From contig CAWDWI010000013.1 of assembly GCA_963806025.1 (NCBI GenBank), forward strand, positions 100,478 through 164,477: a DNA stretch of 64,000 nt, read 5' to 3'. The notes beneath the pieces were generated by a model. That model did not search any database, had not been told where the DNA came from, and saw nothing but the letters and a program-made list of their open reading frames with translations. A program made the translations under genes and the position numbers. This document shows positions 52,354 through 61,484 of the stretch, one piece after another. Source of the DNA: an uncultured Thermoleophilia bacterium (GTDB lineage: Bacteria > Actinomycetota > Thermoleophilia > Gaiellales > Gaiellaceae). Position 1 is the first letter of the stretch; every line of letters starts with the position of its first letter.

Positions 52354-53087
52354 GTGCTCCGGGCACGGCCCGGCGGCCCGGCCGAACGGCTCGCTGCGAG
52401 CCTCAGCGCGAATGCCGCGATCGTCTTCACGATCGCGATGCTCGCCGGGCTCCTCGTGATCGCGGCCGCTTCGATCGGAGCCGGCCTCCTCGTGACGAGG
52501 GTGATCGAGCGCGCATGGGGCATCGGCGCGGCCGACGAGCGGGTCAACGTCTGGCTCGCAGCGCATCGCACACCGGGTCGGACGCACGCGTCGCTGATCG
52601 GCTCGATCGTCGCGGGTGGCGTGGTGCTGCCGATCCTGGTCGGGCGTGATCGGGCTGGCCTGCGCGGTCCTGCGGAAATGGCGGGTTGCGGCTTTCGTCG
52701 TCTTCGCACTCGCCGTCGAAGCGGCGACCTACCGGCTCACGACGCTGGTCGTCCACGTTCATCGGCCGCGCGTCGTCCGACTCGAGCAGCTGCCGGTCAA
52801 CGCCAGCTATCCGTCCGGGCATACCGCTGCGGCGGTCGCGGTCTACGGCGGGCTCGCGCTCCTCGTCACCTCCAGGTTCCAGAGCAGGCGCGGTCCGCGC
52901 GCTCACGTGGGCGTTCGCAGTCGCGATGGTCGTGTTCGTCGCACTGTCGCGCATGTACCGCGGTATGCACCATCCGCTCGACGTGGGCGGCGGGCTGCTC
53001 GTGGGCATTGCAGCACTGGCCGTGCTCGTGTTCGCATGCCGTCTCGCGGGCGCCGTCTACGACGCGCACCACGGCGGAGAAGCATGA
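52354..53087 (+). pseudogene. Second PAP2-family membrane phosphatase, distributed over three frames (jumps near 52645 and 52888)
   Basis: Frame 1: ..AIVFTIAMLAGLLVIAAASIGAGLL..GGVVLPILVG. Frame 2: VIGLACAVLRKWRVAAFVV..VVHVHRPRV..YPSGHTAAAVAVYGG. Frame 0: AVRALTWAFAVAMVVFVALSRMYRGMHHPLDVGGG. All three PAP2 motifs are present once the frames are joined. The start is uncertain. Confidence 0.65.
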
Positions 53088-54019
53088 AGGTTGCAGTCGT
53101 CGCGCACTCGGGCAAGACGCTCGGCGGTGGACTGCCGGAGCTCCGTCGCATCCTCGAGGCCGAGGGCGTGACCGACCCGTTCTGGTGTGAGGTCGCGAAG
53201 AGCCGCAAGGCGCCGGCGCAGATTCGGCGCGCCGTCGCGGAAGGGGCGCAGCTCGTCTTGGTGTGGGGCGGGGACGGAATGGTCCAGCGGGCCGTCGATG
53301 TGCTCGCCGGTTCGGATGTGCACCTGGCAATCGTCCCGGCGGGAACCGCAAACCTGTTCGCGTCCAGCCTCGGCATCACGAAGCACATCGGCCAGGCAGT
53401 GTCCATCGGCCTGCGCGGCGCCGACCGCAAGCTCGACGTCGGACGGTTCAACGGCGAGCGCTTTGCGGTGATGGCGGGCGCAGGCTTCGACGCAGCGATG
53501 ATCCGCGATGCCGGCACCGGGGGGCTGAAGGAGCGGCTCGGTCGCGCCGCGTACGTCTGGACGGGCTCGAAGAACCTGCGCTCGAAGCCGTTTCGGGCCA
53601 AGATCGAGGTCGACGGTGTCCGCTGGTACAAGGGGAAGGCCAGCTGCATCCTGCTCGGGAACACGGGCGAGCTGTTCGGCGGAGTCAGTGCGTTCGAGGA
53701 TGCGCGACCCGACGACGGCAAGCTGGAGCTGGGTGTCGTCACGGCCGAGGGGCTGGTGGAATGGGGCCGGATCATCGCCCGTGCCGCGGTCGGCACCGCG
53801 AGCAAGTCGCCGTTCGCACGGACCACGAAAGCGCGCTCAGTGAAGGTCGAGCTGAACCGGAAGATCCTGTACGAGCTCGATGGGGGCGACCGCTCGAAGG
53901 TGAAGTCGTTCAAGGTCAAGGTCGAGCCGGCCGCCATCACCGTGCGCGTCCCCCGCGACGACTCGCCGTTCGCCCACGGTGACGTGAAGCCCGTCTATCC
54001 AGAGAGGATCAAGCTATGA
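53084..54019 (+). CDS. Diacylglycerol kinase catalytic-domain lipid kinase (YegS/BmrU-like)
   Basis: MKVAVVAHSGKT.., LVLVWGGDGMVQRAV, LAIVPAGTANLFA, FAVMAGAGFDA. ATGA overlaps at both ends. Confidence 0.85.
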   Translation: MKVAVVAHSGKTLGGGLPELRRILEAEGVTDPFWCEVAKSRKAPAQIRRAVAEGAQLVLVWGGDGMVQRAVDVLAGSDVHLAIVPAGTANLFASSLGITKHIGQAVSIGLRGADRKLDVGRFNGERFAVMAGAGFDAAMIRDAGTGGLKERLGRAAYVWTGSKNLRSKPFRAKIEVDGVRWYKGKASCILLGNTGELFGGVSAFEDARPDDGKLELGVVTAEGLVEWGRIIARAAVGTASKSPFARTTKARSVKVELNRKILYELDGGDRSKVKSFKVKVEPAAITVRVPRDDSPFAHGDVKPVYPERIKL

Positions 54020-54853
54020 GCAACATACGATCGACCGGAGCGGTCGGCGCCGTGGAGGACGCGGGCGCCGGCTTCGTCCAGACGCCTGCGTTCGAGTGGC
54101 TCTCGCGTGCCGGGTTCGTCGCGCGTGGAGCCGTCTACGCGATCATCGGGATCCTCGCGTTCAAGCTCGCTATCGGGCATGGCGGCAAGCTGACGAACCA
54201 GCAGGGAGCCATGCGCACGTTGGCGCACCAGCCGTTCGGCAAGTACCTGCTCACGTTGCTCGCGATCGGTCTCGCGGGTTACGCGATGTGGCGGTTGTTC
54301 CGCGCTGCGCTCGGGCGTGGGCCCGAGGGCGCCGATCAAGGCTTCGACCGGCTCGCTGCGCTCGGAAGCGGCCTCGCCTACGGCGCGCTGTGCGTCCTCG
54401 CGGTCGAGATCCTCCTCGGGGCCGGCTCCTCGGGCAGCGCATCGCCCAAGAAGTCGGCGGCCGGGGTCCTCGGCTGGCCGGCGGGCGCCTGGATCGTCGG
54501 GCTCGTCGGGGCCGGCCTGGTCGGGATCGCCCTCTACCAGGGGTACCGTGGCGTGTCGCAGGCAGTTTCTCGACGACTCGAAGGTCGAGGAGATGCCGCC
54601 CGCTGTGAAGACGTGGATCGGCCGGCTCGGGACGGTCGGGCATCTGGCGCGCATGGTCGTGTTCGGCCTCGTCGGGATCTTCCTCATCAAGGCTGCCGTC
54701 GATTTCAATCCGAACAAGGCAGTCGGCCTCGACGGCGCACTGGCCAAGCTCGTGCACGCCGCCTACGGCCCGTACCTGCTCGGAGTGGTCGCTGTCGGCT
54801 TGATCGCGTTCGCGCTCTTTTCGTTCAGCGACGCGCGCTATCGAAGGATTTGA
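54016..54853 (+). pseudogene. DUF1206 domain-containing membrane protein, frame broken once near 54559
   Basis: N-terminal repeats WLSRAGFVARGAVYAIIGILAF..GKYLLTLLAIGLAGYAMWRL lie in the frame of ORF 54016. The C-terminal repeat RLGTVGHLARMVVFGLVGIFLIKAA..GPYLLGVVAVGLIAFALFSFSDARYRRI* lies in the frame of ORF 54317..54853. Confidence 0.7.
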
Positions 54854-54855
54854 CA

Positions 54856-56322
54856 GTGGCCGCCCGGCTCGATCCGTTCAGGCGAATGACCTATCCGCTC
54901 GAGTGTTGGGTGGGTGAACAGATCTCCGAGCAGATCTGCCGTCACCACCGGAGGCGACTCGAGCGGATCGGATGGTCACACGCGCTCGAGCCCGAGCCGG
55001 GCAAGTGGGCCACGGGCGAGTTTCCGGCTCGGCCCGGCAACAGCGTGGAGATTCTGATCGACGGCGCGCAAGCACTGCCGTCGATGGTTGACGCGCTGCT
55101 CGGTGCGGAATCGCACGTTCACATCACCGGCTGGTACTTCACCCCGTCGTTCGCGCTCGAGCGCGGCAGCAGCGAACCGCTCGTTCTCCGGAATCTCCTC
55201 GCCGAGCTGGCAGAGCGGCTCGACGTACGCGTGCTTGCCTGGGCCGGGGCGCCGCTTCCCCTCTTCCGCCCCTCGCGGGGAGACGTCTCGACGATGCGCG
55301 ACCGGTTGACCATGCACACGAAGATTCAGTGCGCGCTCGATGCGAAAGAGCGGCCGATGCATTGCCACCACGAGAAGACGATCATCATCGACGACCGCGT
55401 CGCGTTCGTCGGCGGAATCGACCTCACCTCGGAGTCGGGCGACCGGTTCGACACGAACGACCATCCGTCCCGCTCCGAGGTCGGCTGGCACGACAGCTGT
55501 GCGCGGATCGAAGGCCCCGCCGTCGATGATGTTGCGGAGCATTTCCGCATGCGCTGGCATGAGGTCACCGGTGAGCAGCTCGCCCCCGCAACGCCGTCGG
55601 AGTCGGCGGGCGACGTCGAGCTCCAGGTCGTGCGCACCGTGCCCGAGCGCATTTACGACGCGAAGCCGAAAGGCGAGTTCACCATTCTCGAGTCGTACGT
55701 GCGCGCGCTCGAATCCGCGCAGCGCTTCATCTACATCGAGAACCAGTTTCTCTGGTCGCCCGAGATCGAAGGCGTGCTGTACCGGAAGATCCTTGATCCG
55801 CCCCACCCCGACTTCCGCCTCGTGCTGCTGCTGCCGTCGAAACCGAACAGCGGCGCCGACAACACGCGCGGCGTGCTCGGTCATCTGATCTCCGCCGATG
55901 GAGACGCCGGACATGTGCTGGCCTGCACGCTCTTCGCGCGCGCCGGCGATCTCGCAGACCCCATCTACGTCCACTCCAAGATCGCGATCGTCGACGACGA
56001 GTGGCTCACGATCGGTTCCGCCAATCTGAACGAGCATTCGTTGTTCAACGACACCGAGCTGAACATCGTGAGCCGAGACCCGGAGCTCGCCCGACGGCTC
56101 CGCCTCCGTCTTTGGGCGGAGCACCTCGAGCTGTCCGAGAAGCAGATACCGAGTGATCCCGTCGAGGCAATCGACGAGGTGTGGAAGCCCGTCAGCAAGG
56201 AGCAGCTCGAACGCCGAACGGCGGGCCGTCCACTGACACACCGTCTCGTGCGGCTCCCGCACGTCTCACGACGCTCTGCCCGCGCGCTTGGTCCGGTCTC
56301 GGGCCTCCTCGTCGACGGCTGA
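54856..56322 (+). CDS. Phospholipase D / cardiolipin-synthase-like protein (two HKD motifs)
   Basis: HCHHEKTIIIDDRVAFVGGIDL and YVHSKIAIVDDEWLTIGSANLN. GTG 54856 lies 2 nt after the DUF1206 TGA. The track shows it fused in frame to the upstream ORF (54016..56322). Confidence 0.85.
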   Translation: MAARLDPFRRMTYPLECWVGEQISEQICRHHRRRLERIGWSHALEPEPGKWATGEFPARPGNSVEILIDGAQALPSMVDALLGAESHVHITGWYFTPSFALERGSSEPLVLRNLLAELAERLDVRVLAWAGAPLPLFRPSRGDVSTMRDRLTMHTKIQCALDAKERPMHCHHEKTIIIDDRVAFVGGIDLTSESGDRFDTNDHPSRSEVGWHDSCARIEGPAVDDVAEHFRMRWHEVTGEQLAPATPSESAGDVELQVVRTVPERIYDAKPKGEFTILESYVRALESAQRFIYIENQFLWSPEIEGVLYRKILDPPHPDFRLVLLLPSKPNSGADNTRGVLGHLISADGDAGHVLACTLFARAGDLADPIYVHSKIAIVDDEWLTIGSANLNEHSLFNDTELNIVSRDPELARRLRLRLWAEHLELSEKQIPSDPVEAIDEVWKPVSKEQLERRTAGRPLTHRLVRLPHVSRRSARALGPVSGLLVDG

Positions 56323-56600
56323 CGCTGCGGCCCCTCGCCCCGGTCAGAGCAGTGCGCGATGCTGCTCGATCGGGTTCTGCCGGCGGGCGGCCCGCCGGGC
56401 AGCATCGTTGTCCCCGCGGCCGCGGCGACGATCGTGTGTGTCGTATGTTTGACGCAATGTAAGTCCGGAAATAGATGACCAGACCGTTCTGTCTTGTGAA
56501 GGCAGTCGGGTGTTCATCGATATCCCTTCCCGTTTTGCCGTTCCGGAATCACACAGAGCGATCGGGCGAGGCGGGAAAAGGCGGCCCTTTGGAGGTTTGA

Positions 56601-57155
56601 ATGTCCGTGCTTGCACATAACCGGTCGTCTGCGCCCTCGAAACGACTCGCTGAGACCACAACCGGCACCGCGCGACCATTGCTGTGCTTCGTCTACTCGC
56701 CGACGTCGGGCCCGTCGCGCCGGGCCGAAGGATTCCTCGCCCAGGTCTTGCAACGACGGAAGAACCATCAGACCTTCGTCGTCCAGCGCATCAATTGCGT
56801 CGATCGGCCGGATCTGGCGAAGAAGCTCGGCGCCGAGACTGTCCCGTCACTGGTCGTCGTCGAGAACCGGCGCGTGCGTGCACGTCTGGAACGGGTGCGC
56901 GGGTGCAGGGACATCGAGCAGTTGCTGGAGCCGTGGCTGGGCGTCTCGGATGACGACGGGCTGTCGGCAGCGTCGCTCGAAGACGGGGACGAGGCCACTC
57001 CGCCCGCGCCCGTTCCCGTCCCGGAGCCCTATCCCCCGCCCGACGAGCTCGACATCCCGAACCCCGACCCCGACCCCGACAGAGGGAGCGAGGGCGACGA
57101 TGGGTCGTCGAAACGACAAACCGAGGAGGTGGCAAGATGCCCCCGAGAGGCGTGA
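56601..57155 (+). CDS. Thioredoxin-fold protein lacking both active-site cysteines (SGPS in place of CGPC), with an acidic/Pro-rich tail
   Basis: ATG after GGAGG. LLCFVYSPTSGPSRRAEGFLAQVL...VDRPDLAKKLGAETVPSLVVVENRR aligns by eye with the Trx WCGPC...cis-Pro (TVPS) layout. Confidence 0.6.
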   Translation: MSVLAHNRSSAPSKRLAETTTGTARPLLCFVYSPTSGPSRRAEGFLAQVLQRRKNHQTFVVQRINCVDRPDLAKKLGAETVPSLVVVENRRVRARLERVRGCRDIEQLLEPWLGVSDDDGLSAASLEDGDEATPPAPVPVPEPYPPPDELDIPNPDPDPDRGSEGDDGSSKRQTEEVARCPREA

Positions 57156-57487
57156 AGAAGGGCACCAAGCGCGCCCGTCAGTACGAGCACATCAAGCAAA
57201 GCGAGCGGCAGAGCGGCGCCTCCGAGGCTCGCGCCGAGGAGATCGCCGCCCGGACCGTCAACAAGGAACGCGCCCGGTCGGGTGAGTCGCGCACGAGCTC
57301 CTCGACCTCGACGAGTGACATCTCGTCCGGACGGCGTGGCGGCCTGCGCTCGGGGACGAAGCGGGACAAGGGCCGCACCTACGACCAGCTCTACGGTGAA
57401 GCCAAGAAGCTGAACGTCCCGGGTCGGTCGACGATGAACAAGGCACAGCTTCAGCGAGCCGTCGACGGGCGGAAGCGAGCACGGTGA
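57137..57487 (+). CDS. Basic protein with a C-terminal Rho_N/SAP-like motif
   Basis: ATG after GAGGAGG. RARQYEHIKQSE..EIAARTVNKERA, and the C-terminal TYDQLYGEAKKLNVPGRSTMNKAQLQRAV (Rho termination factor N-terminal-like helix-hairpin). Confidence 0.55.
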   Translation: MPPRGVKKGTKRARQYEHIKQSERQSGASEARAEEIAARTVNKERARSGESRTSSSTSTSDISSGRRGGLRSGTKRDKGRTYDQLYGEAKKLNVPGRSTMNKAQLQRAVDGRKRAR

Positions 57488-57559
57488 CCGCCGCGCCGGT
57501 TTACGACGGAGCTCCGCAGCCCCACGTCCCCATTCTCGGCCTCCTGATCGCAGGGCAGC

Positions 57560-58622
57560 GTGGACGAGGAAACGTGGACCACCGCCGCGACCGCGCGACA
57601 TGCATTCGTCGCGACGATCGTGGCTCTCGTCGTGATCGTGGTCGCGTTCGCCCTGTGGCAGCTCAAGGTCGTCCTTGCGCTGATCCTCCTCGGCTTCACG
57701 ATCGCAGCGGCGATGCGTCCCGGCATCGATCGTCTCGCCTCGTGGCGGATCCCGCGCCCGGTCGGCTTGCTGCTCCACTACCTCGGGCTGCTCGCGGTGA
57801 TCGGGCTGTTCCTGTCGTTCGTCGTGCCGACACTCACCGACCAGGTTCAGGCGGCGCTGCACGCTGCGCAGACTCACCATCCTGGTTCCGGCGTTGGCAT
57901 CAAGGCCAGGGTGCTCGACGTGCTCTCGCGCCGGTTGCACAGTCTTCCCGCCGCCGACAAGCTCGTCCAGCCCGCCCTGTCGGCCGGCGAGCAGGCGCTC
58001 AAGGTGCTGATCGGCATCCTCTTCACGTTCACGGTCGCCGCCTACTGGATCTTCGAGCGCGAGCGCACCGTCGACCTGGTTGCGAGTTTTCTGCCCAGGC
58101 CACGGCGCAAGACTCTCCGGGACACGTGGACGCTGATCGACCAGAAGCTGGGCGCGTTCGTGCGAGGCGAGCTCGTGCTTGATCGCGTTCGTCTCGACGC
58201 TCGCGTCGATCGCGCTCTGGCTCGTCGGCGAGCCGTACTGGTTGCTGATCGGAATCGCGGTGGGGATCCTCGAGATCGTTCCGGTGGTCGGGCCGCTCGC
58301 GGCACTCGTTCTGGCCGTCGGTGCCGGGTTGACCGTGTCGTGGCACACGGCGGTGCTCGCGGGCGCGGCACTGCTCGTGATTCGGTTGACCGAGGACTAC
58401 CTCGTCACCCCGCGCGTGCTCGGAGGTGCAGTCGGCCTCTCCCCGCTCCTGACCCTGATCGCGGTGTCGGTGACAGGGGTCCTGCTCGGCGGCTTCTACG
58501 TGCTGCTGTCGGTGCCGATCGCAGCGGTCGTCGCGACCGTCGTCGATGTGTCACTCCGCGGAGTCGACCCGGCCGAGGTCGAGGTGCCGACCGTCATCTT
58601 CCCGTCCCAGGACGCCGGCTGA
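57560..58622 (+). pseudogene. AI-2E family transporter (PerM/UPF0118), frame broken once near 58181
   Basis: The N-terminal TM part, up to KLGAFVRGELVL, is in the frame of ORF 57560. The continuation IAFVSTLASIALWLVGEPYWLLIGIAVGILEIVPVVGP..LTEDYLVTPRVLG is in the frame of ORF 58179..58622. Confidence 0.75.
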
Positions 58623-58638
58623 CAGCGCGACCGGCCGG

Positions 58639-58971
58639 TCAGGCCGTCGCCTGACCCGGCTCGGCGGGGCCGTCGCCGGGCTCACGGCGCAGCAGGTCGA
58701 GCAGCGGCCCGATCTCGAATCCGAACTGCGCCGGATGGCGCATCTCCTTCTCGCGGTTGATCGCGTAGTGGTTTCTGCGCCCTGTCCGCTGACGCGTCAC
58801 GTAGCCCTCCGCGACGAGGTCGGCGACGATCCGCTGCGCCGCCCGCTCCGTGATCCCGACGCGTTCCGCGATGTCCCTCAGCCGGATATCCGGGTTCGTG
58901 GAGATGCAGAGCAGAACCTGCGTGTGATTTGTGACGAAATGCCAGCCAGCCTGAGCGTTTCTGCTTGACAT
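58639..58971 (-). CDS. Winged-helix (MarR/ArsR-like) HTH transcriptional regulator
   Basis: NPDIRLRDIAERVGITERAAQRIVADLVAEGYVTRQRTGRRNHY. Confidence 0.65.
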   Translation of the reverse strand: MSSRNAQAGWHFVTNHTQVLLCISTNPDIRLRDIAERVGITERAAQRIVADLVAEGYVTRQRTGRRNHYAINREKEMRHPAQFGFEIGPLLDLLRREPGDGPAEPGQATA

Positions 58972-59007
58972 AGAGGATAATAAAGTCGTATGTTTTGATT
59001 CCGGTAT

Positions 59008-59023
59008 CAGGTTACGTCACCTG
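59008..59023. promoter_or_regulatory. Inverted repeat CAGGT-N6-ACCTG in the AT-richer divergent intergenic region; weak operator candidate
   Basis: caggttacgtcacctg read directly, between the HTH regulator (-) and the small Cys protein (+). Confidence 0.25.
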
Positions 59024-59069
59024 GAATTGACTCGACAACCTACCAAGCCCCAGCCCGTTCCGAGGAGGG

Positions 59070-59336
59070 ATGATGTCGCTCACAGCTGATTCGATGTCGA
59101 TCGCCGACCAAATCGCACGCGACGGCGGGCGGCAGGTTCGCCGTTACGTCAACGAGTCGTTGTCCCGCACCGCGAGAGAGGCCGGGGCGAGCGGGCTCGA
59201 GCCGTGCGATTTCGTCTGCGAGTGCGGTCATCTGAGTTGCACGGCGGTCGTGCGGATGCCGCTCGCGAGCTTCGACGAGTCGTCTCCGCCGGGCTCGATC
59301 GTCGGCCACGGCGAAGACGGCAACGTGCCGGAGTAA
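59070..59336 (+). CDS. Small Cys-cluster hypothetical protein (88 aa)
   Basis: GAGGAGGG precedes ATGATG. Contains CDFVCECGHLSC. No family recognised. Confidence 0.45.
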   Translation: MMSLTADSMSIADQIARDGGRQVRRYVNESLSRTAREAGASGLEPCDFVCECGHLSCTAVVRMPLASFDESSPPGSIVGHGEDGNVPE

Positions 59337-59353
59337 CTTCCCTCAGCGACTTC

Positions 59354-60757
59354 CTACTTCCAGCGGCGACCTGCTCCGGCGATGTACTGGCCGTAGCCGC
59401 GCAGTGCGGCTGCCGAGGTCAGTACCTGGTAGGCGAAGAGATAGCCGAGGAAGCCTCGCTTGTCGTGCTTGGGGTGGATGTCGAGCGTGCGGAACACATG
59501 GCGTGCCTGCCACCGCTGCAGGAACCCGAAGATGGCGAGTGTGATCGGGAGCAGGAGCATCGACCACCAGCCGAAGATCAATGGGTAGCCGAAGAGGAAG
59601 AGGATGACTCCAGGGACCCAGAAGAAGATGACCCCGATGTCGAGGCAGGGGACGAGGTAGTCGATCCCGGCGACCAGCTTCGCCAGGACGCGGGGCTGTA
59701 TCGCGGGTGGATGCGTCCGGAGGCCCTCGAACATGCCGCGTGCCCAGCGCGAGCGCTGGCTCAGGAGGATGCTCAACCGGTCGGGGACGACCGTAAAGCC
59801 GAGCGCGACCGGCTCATACTGGACGAGCCCGCGTGCCGCCAGCATTGACCAGGTGAGCACGATGTCTTCGCCGATCGCATCGGGCCAGCCGCCGACGGCG
59901 CGAAGGTCACTCGTGCAGTAGGCCGAGAACGCGCCCTGGGCGACAAGCGCGGTGTTGTACGCCGCCTGCATGCGCTTCACACCGTTGATCCCCAGTCGGT
60001 AGTCCCACTGCTGCATCCGGGTGACGAACGTCGCCTGCGGGTTCTCGGCGACGAGGGCGCCCGCACACGCACAGACGTGCTGGCCCTGCGGCCTGCGCGA
60101 CACGCGAACGACGAGTCGCGTGAGCGCCTGCTGCTGCAGGAGGGTGTCGGCATCGACCGTTACCACCAGCGCTGTCGTCACGGTCTCGAGGGCGGCGTTC
60201 AGGGCGTGGTGCTTGCCCTGTCTCTCCTCGAAGACGCGTCGGTACGGGAAAGGGAGGCGAGCGCCCGCTGCGTCCGCCAGCATGGCGGTGTCGTCGGTGG
60301 AGTTGTTGTCCGCAACGACGACTTCAAGACGACCGGGGTACGAAAGGTCGCCGATATGTTCGAGTGTCCGCACGATCGCGGCACTCTCGTTCCACGCCGC
60401 CACCAGGATCGTCACCGAGGGCCACTCGCCTGCGGCCCAATCACCCTTGGGAGGGTCGAGCGGTAGCTCCTCATAGCGTGTGATCAGGAGCGTGAAGATC
60501 ATGAACCAGATGACCAGACCGGGGATGTAGGCGAGGAAGATCGGGATCACCCAGGCCATCACCGGGCCGATCGCCTCCTCCAGCTCGCCTCGCCAGGTCG
60601 CGGAGACCCAGACGCTGAACCCGACCCAGGCGAGAGTCAGGATGAGTGCGATCGCGAAGCGGACCGTCGGTCGAAGGCCGGACGCCGGAGCCTTCCGCCG
60701 AGTCAGACCGCCGAATGCTCGGGGCGTTGGACCAGCGGATCCGACTGACGACGACAT
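59354..60757 (-). CDS. Processive family-2 glycosyltransferase (PgaC/NodC/cellulose-synthase-like polysaccharide synthase), membrane-integrated
   Basis: ATG 60757 lies 4 nt after GAGGAG. N-terminal TM helices, then VADNNSTDDT, VTVDADT (DxD), GEDIVLT and QRSRWARG (Q-x-x-R-W, the hallmark of processive beta-glycosyltransferases), then C-terminal TM helices. In the track it is fused to the upstream regulator as one 682-aa ORF. Confidence 0.8.
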   Translation of the reverse strand: MSSSVGSAGPTPRAFGGLTRRKAPASGLRPTVRFAIALILTLAWVGFSVWVSATWRGELEEAIGPVMAWVIPIFLAYIPGLVIWFMIFTLLITRYEELPLDPPKGDWAAGEWPSVTILVAAWNESAAIVRTLEHIGDLSYPGRLEVVVADNNSTDDTAMLADAAGARLPFPYRRVFEERQGKHHALNAALETVTTALVVTVDADTLLQQQALTRLVVRVSRRPQGQHVCACAGALVAENPQATFVTRMQQWDYRLGINGVKRMQAAYNTALVAQGAFSAYCTSDLRAVGGWPDAIGEDIVLTWSMLAARGLVQYEPVALGFTVVPDRLSILLSQRSRWARGMFEGLRTHPPAIQPRVLAKLVAGIDYLVPCLDIGVIFFWVPGVILFLFGYPLIFGWWSMLLLPITLAIFGFLQRWQARHVFRTLDIHPKHDKRGFLGYLFAYQVLTSAAALRGYGQYIAGAGRRWK

Positions 60758-60780
60758 GACTCTCCTCGGGCAGGCAGCAC

Positions 60781-61402
60781 TTAAAGATCGGCGCCTCGTC
60801 GGGATACGAGCCGGGCCGTGACGGGCGGCGGCGACGGCTTCGAGGCGCGTCCTCACCCCGAGGGCGCGCAGCAGATGGCGGACGTGGTTCCGGACCGTTT
60901 CCGTGCTCAGGTGGAGCTCCTGCGCGATCTGCTTCGTCGAGCGACCCCGCTCGAGCAGACCCAGCACCTCGGCCTGCCTCGGCGTCAGGTGCGCGGGCGG
61001 TGGGCTCGCCGCGTCGTCGAGCGGACCGGTCAGCAGCCCGAAGACGCCGACCACACGCTCTCCGCCGATCAGGGGCACGGCGCTCACCTCCAGCGCGAGG
61101 CGGGTTCCGTCGGTCGAGACGAAGACGGCGTTTGTCTCGGTCGCCGCGGTCGTGCCGAGCACCTTGCGCGCGAAGAGCTCGCGCGCCCTCGCCCGGTCTT
61201 CCGGGCCGACAACCGACGTGAAGTGCCGACCGCGAACGTCGCCGAGGAGGCGCTCGGCCGCCGGGTTGATCCACCGGACGACCCCGGCCGTGTCGAGCAC
61301 GTAACTCGGGACGAGTAACCCGGTGAGGGCACGCTCGACGTCGCCGCCTACCGTCAGCCCGCCAGCCGTTGCTGCCATTCCCACAGTGTGGTCGATCGAC
61401 AA
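60781..61402 (-). CDS. PAS-like sensor + LuxR-type HTH transcriptional regulator; the natural stop is unclear (in-frame read-through into the GT2 gene)
   Basis: PAS-like VVRWINPAAERLLGD..HFTSVVGPED. LuxR HTH LTPRQAEVLGLLERGRSTKQIAQELHLSTETVRNHVRHLLRALGV. A TAA at 60781-60783 is reached only after a +1 jump downstream of ..EAVAAARHG. Confidence 0.65.
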
Positions 61403-61484
61403 CGGTCTGTCACGGGTCGCCGAAAACGCGGAGCTCCGGACACCCGCGCATCAAAGCGCGGGCATCCGGAGCCGGCTCGAGCCG

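Noticed and set aside
54016-56322. Single 768-aa ORF suggesting a DUF1206-PLD fusion protein
   Set aside because: The middle about 100 codons (..SQAVSRRLEGRGDAARCEDVDRPARDGRASGAHGRV..) are not protein-like. The true DUF1206 C-terminus with its stop lies in the +1 frame (to 54853). The PLD gene has its own GTG 2 nt later.
56344-56517. 57-aa minus-strand ORF (MNTRLPSQDRTVWSS...) in the PLD/thioredoxin-like intergenic region
   Set aside because: It has only a weak RBS-like purine stretch, an Arg-rich tail and no recognisable motif. That is insufficient support to call it a gene. The region may simply be a promoter/terminator spacer.
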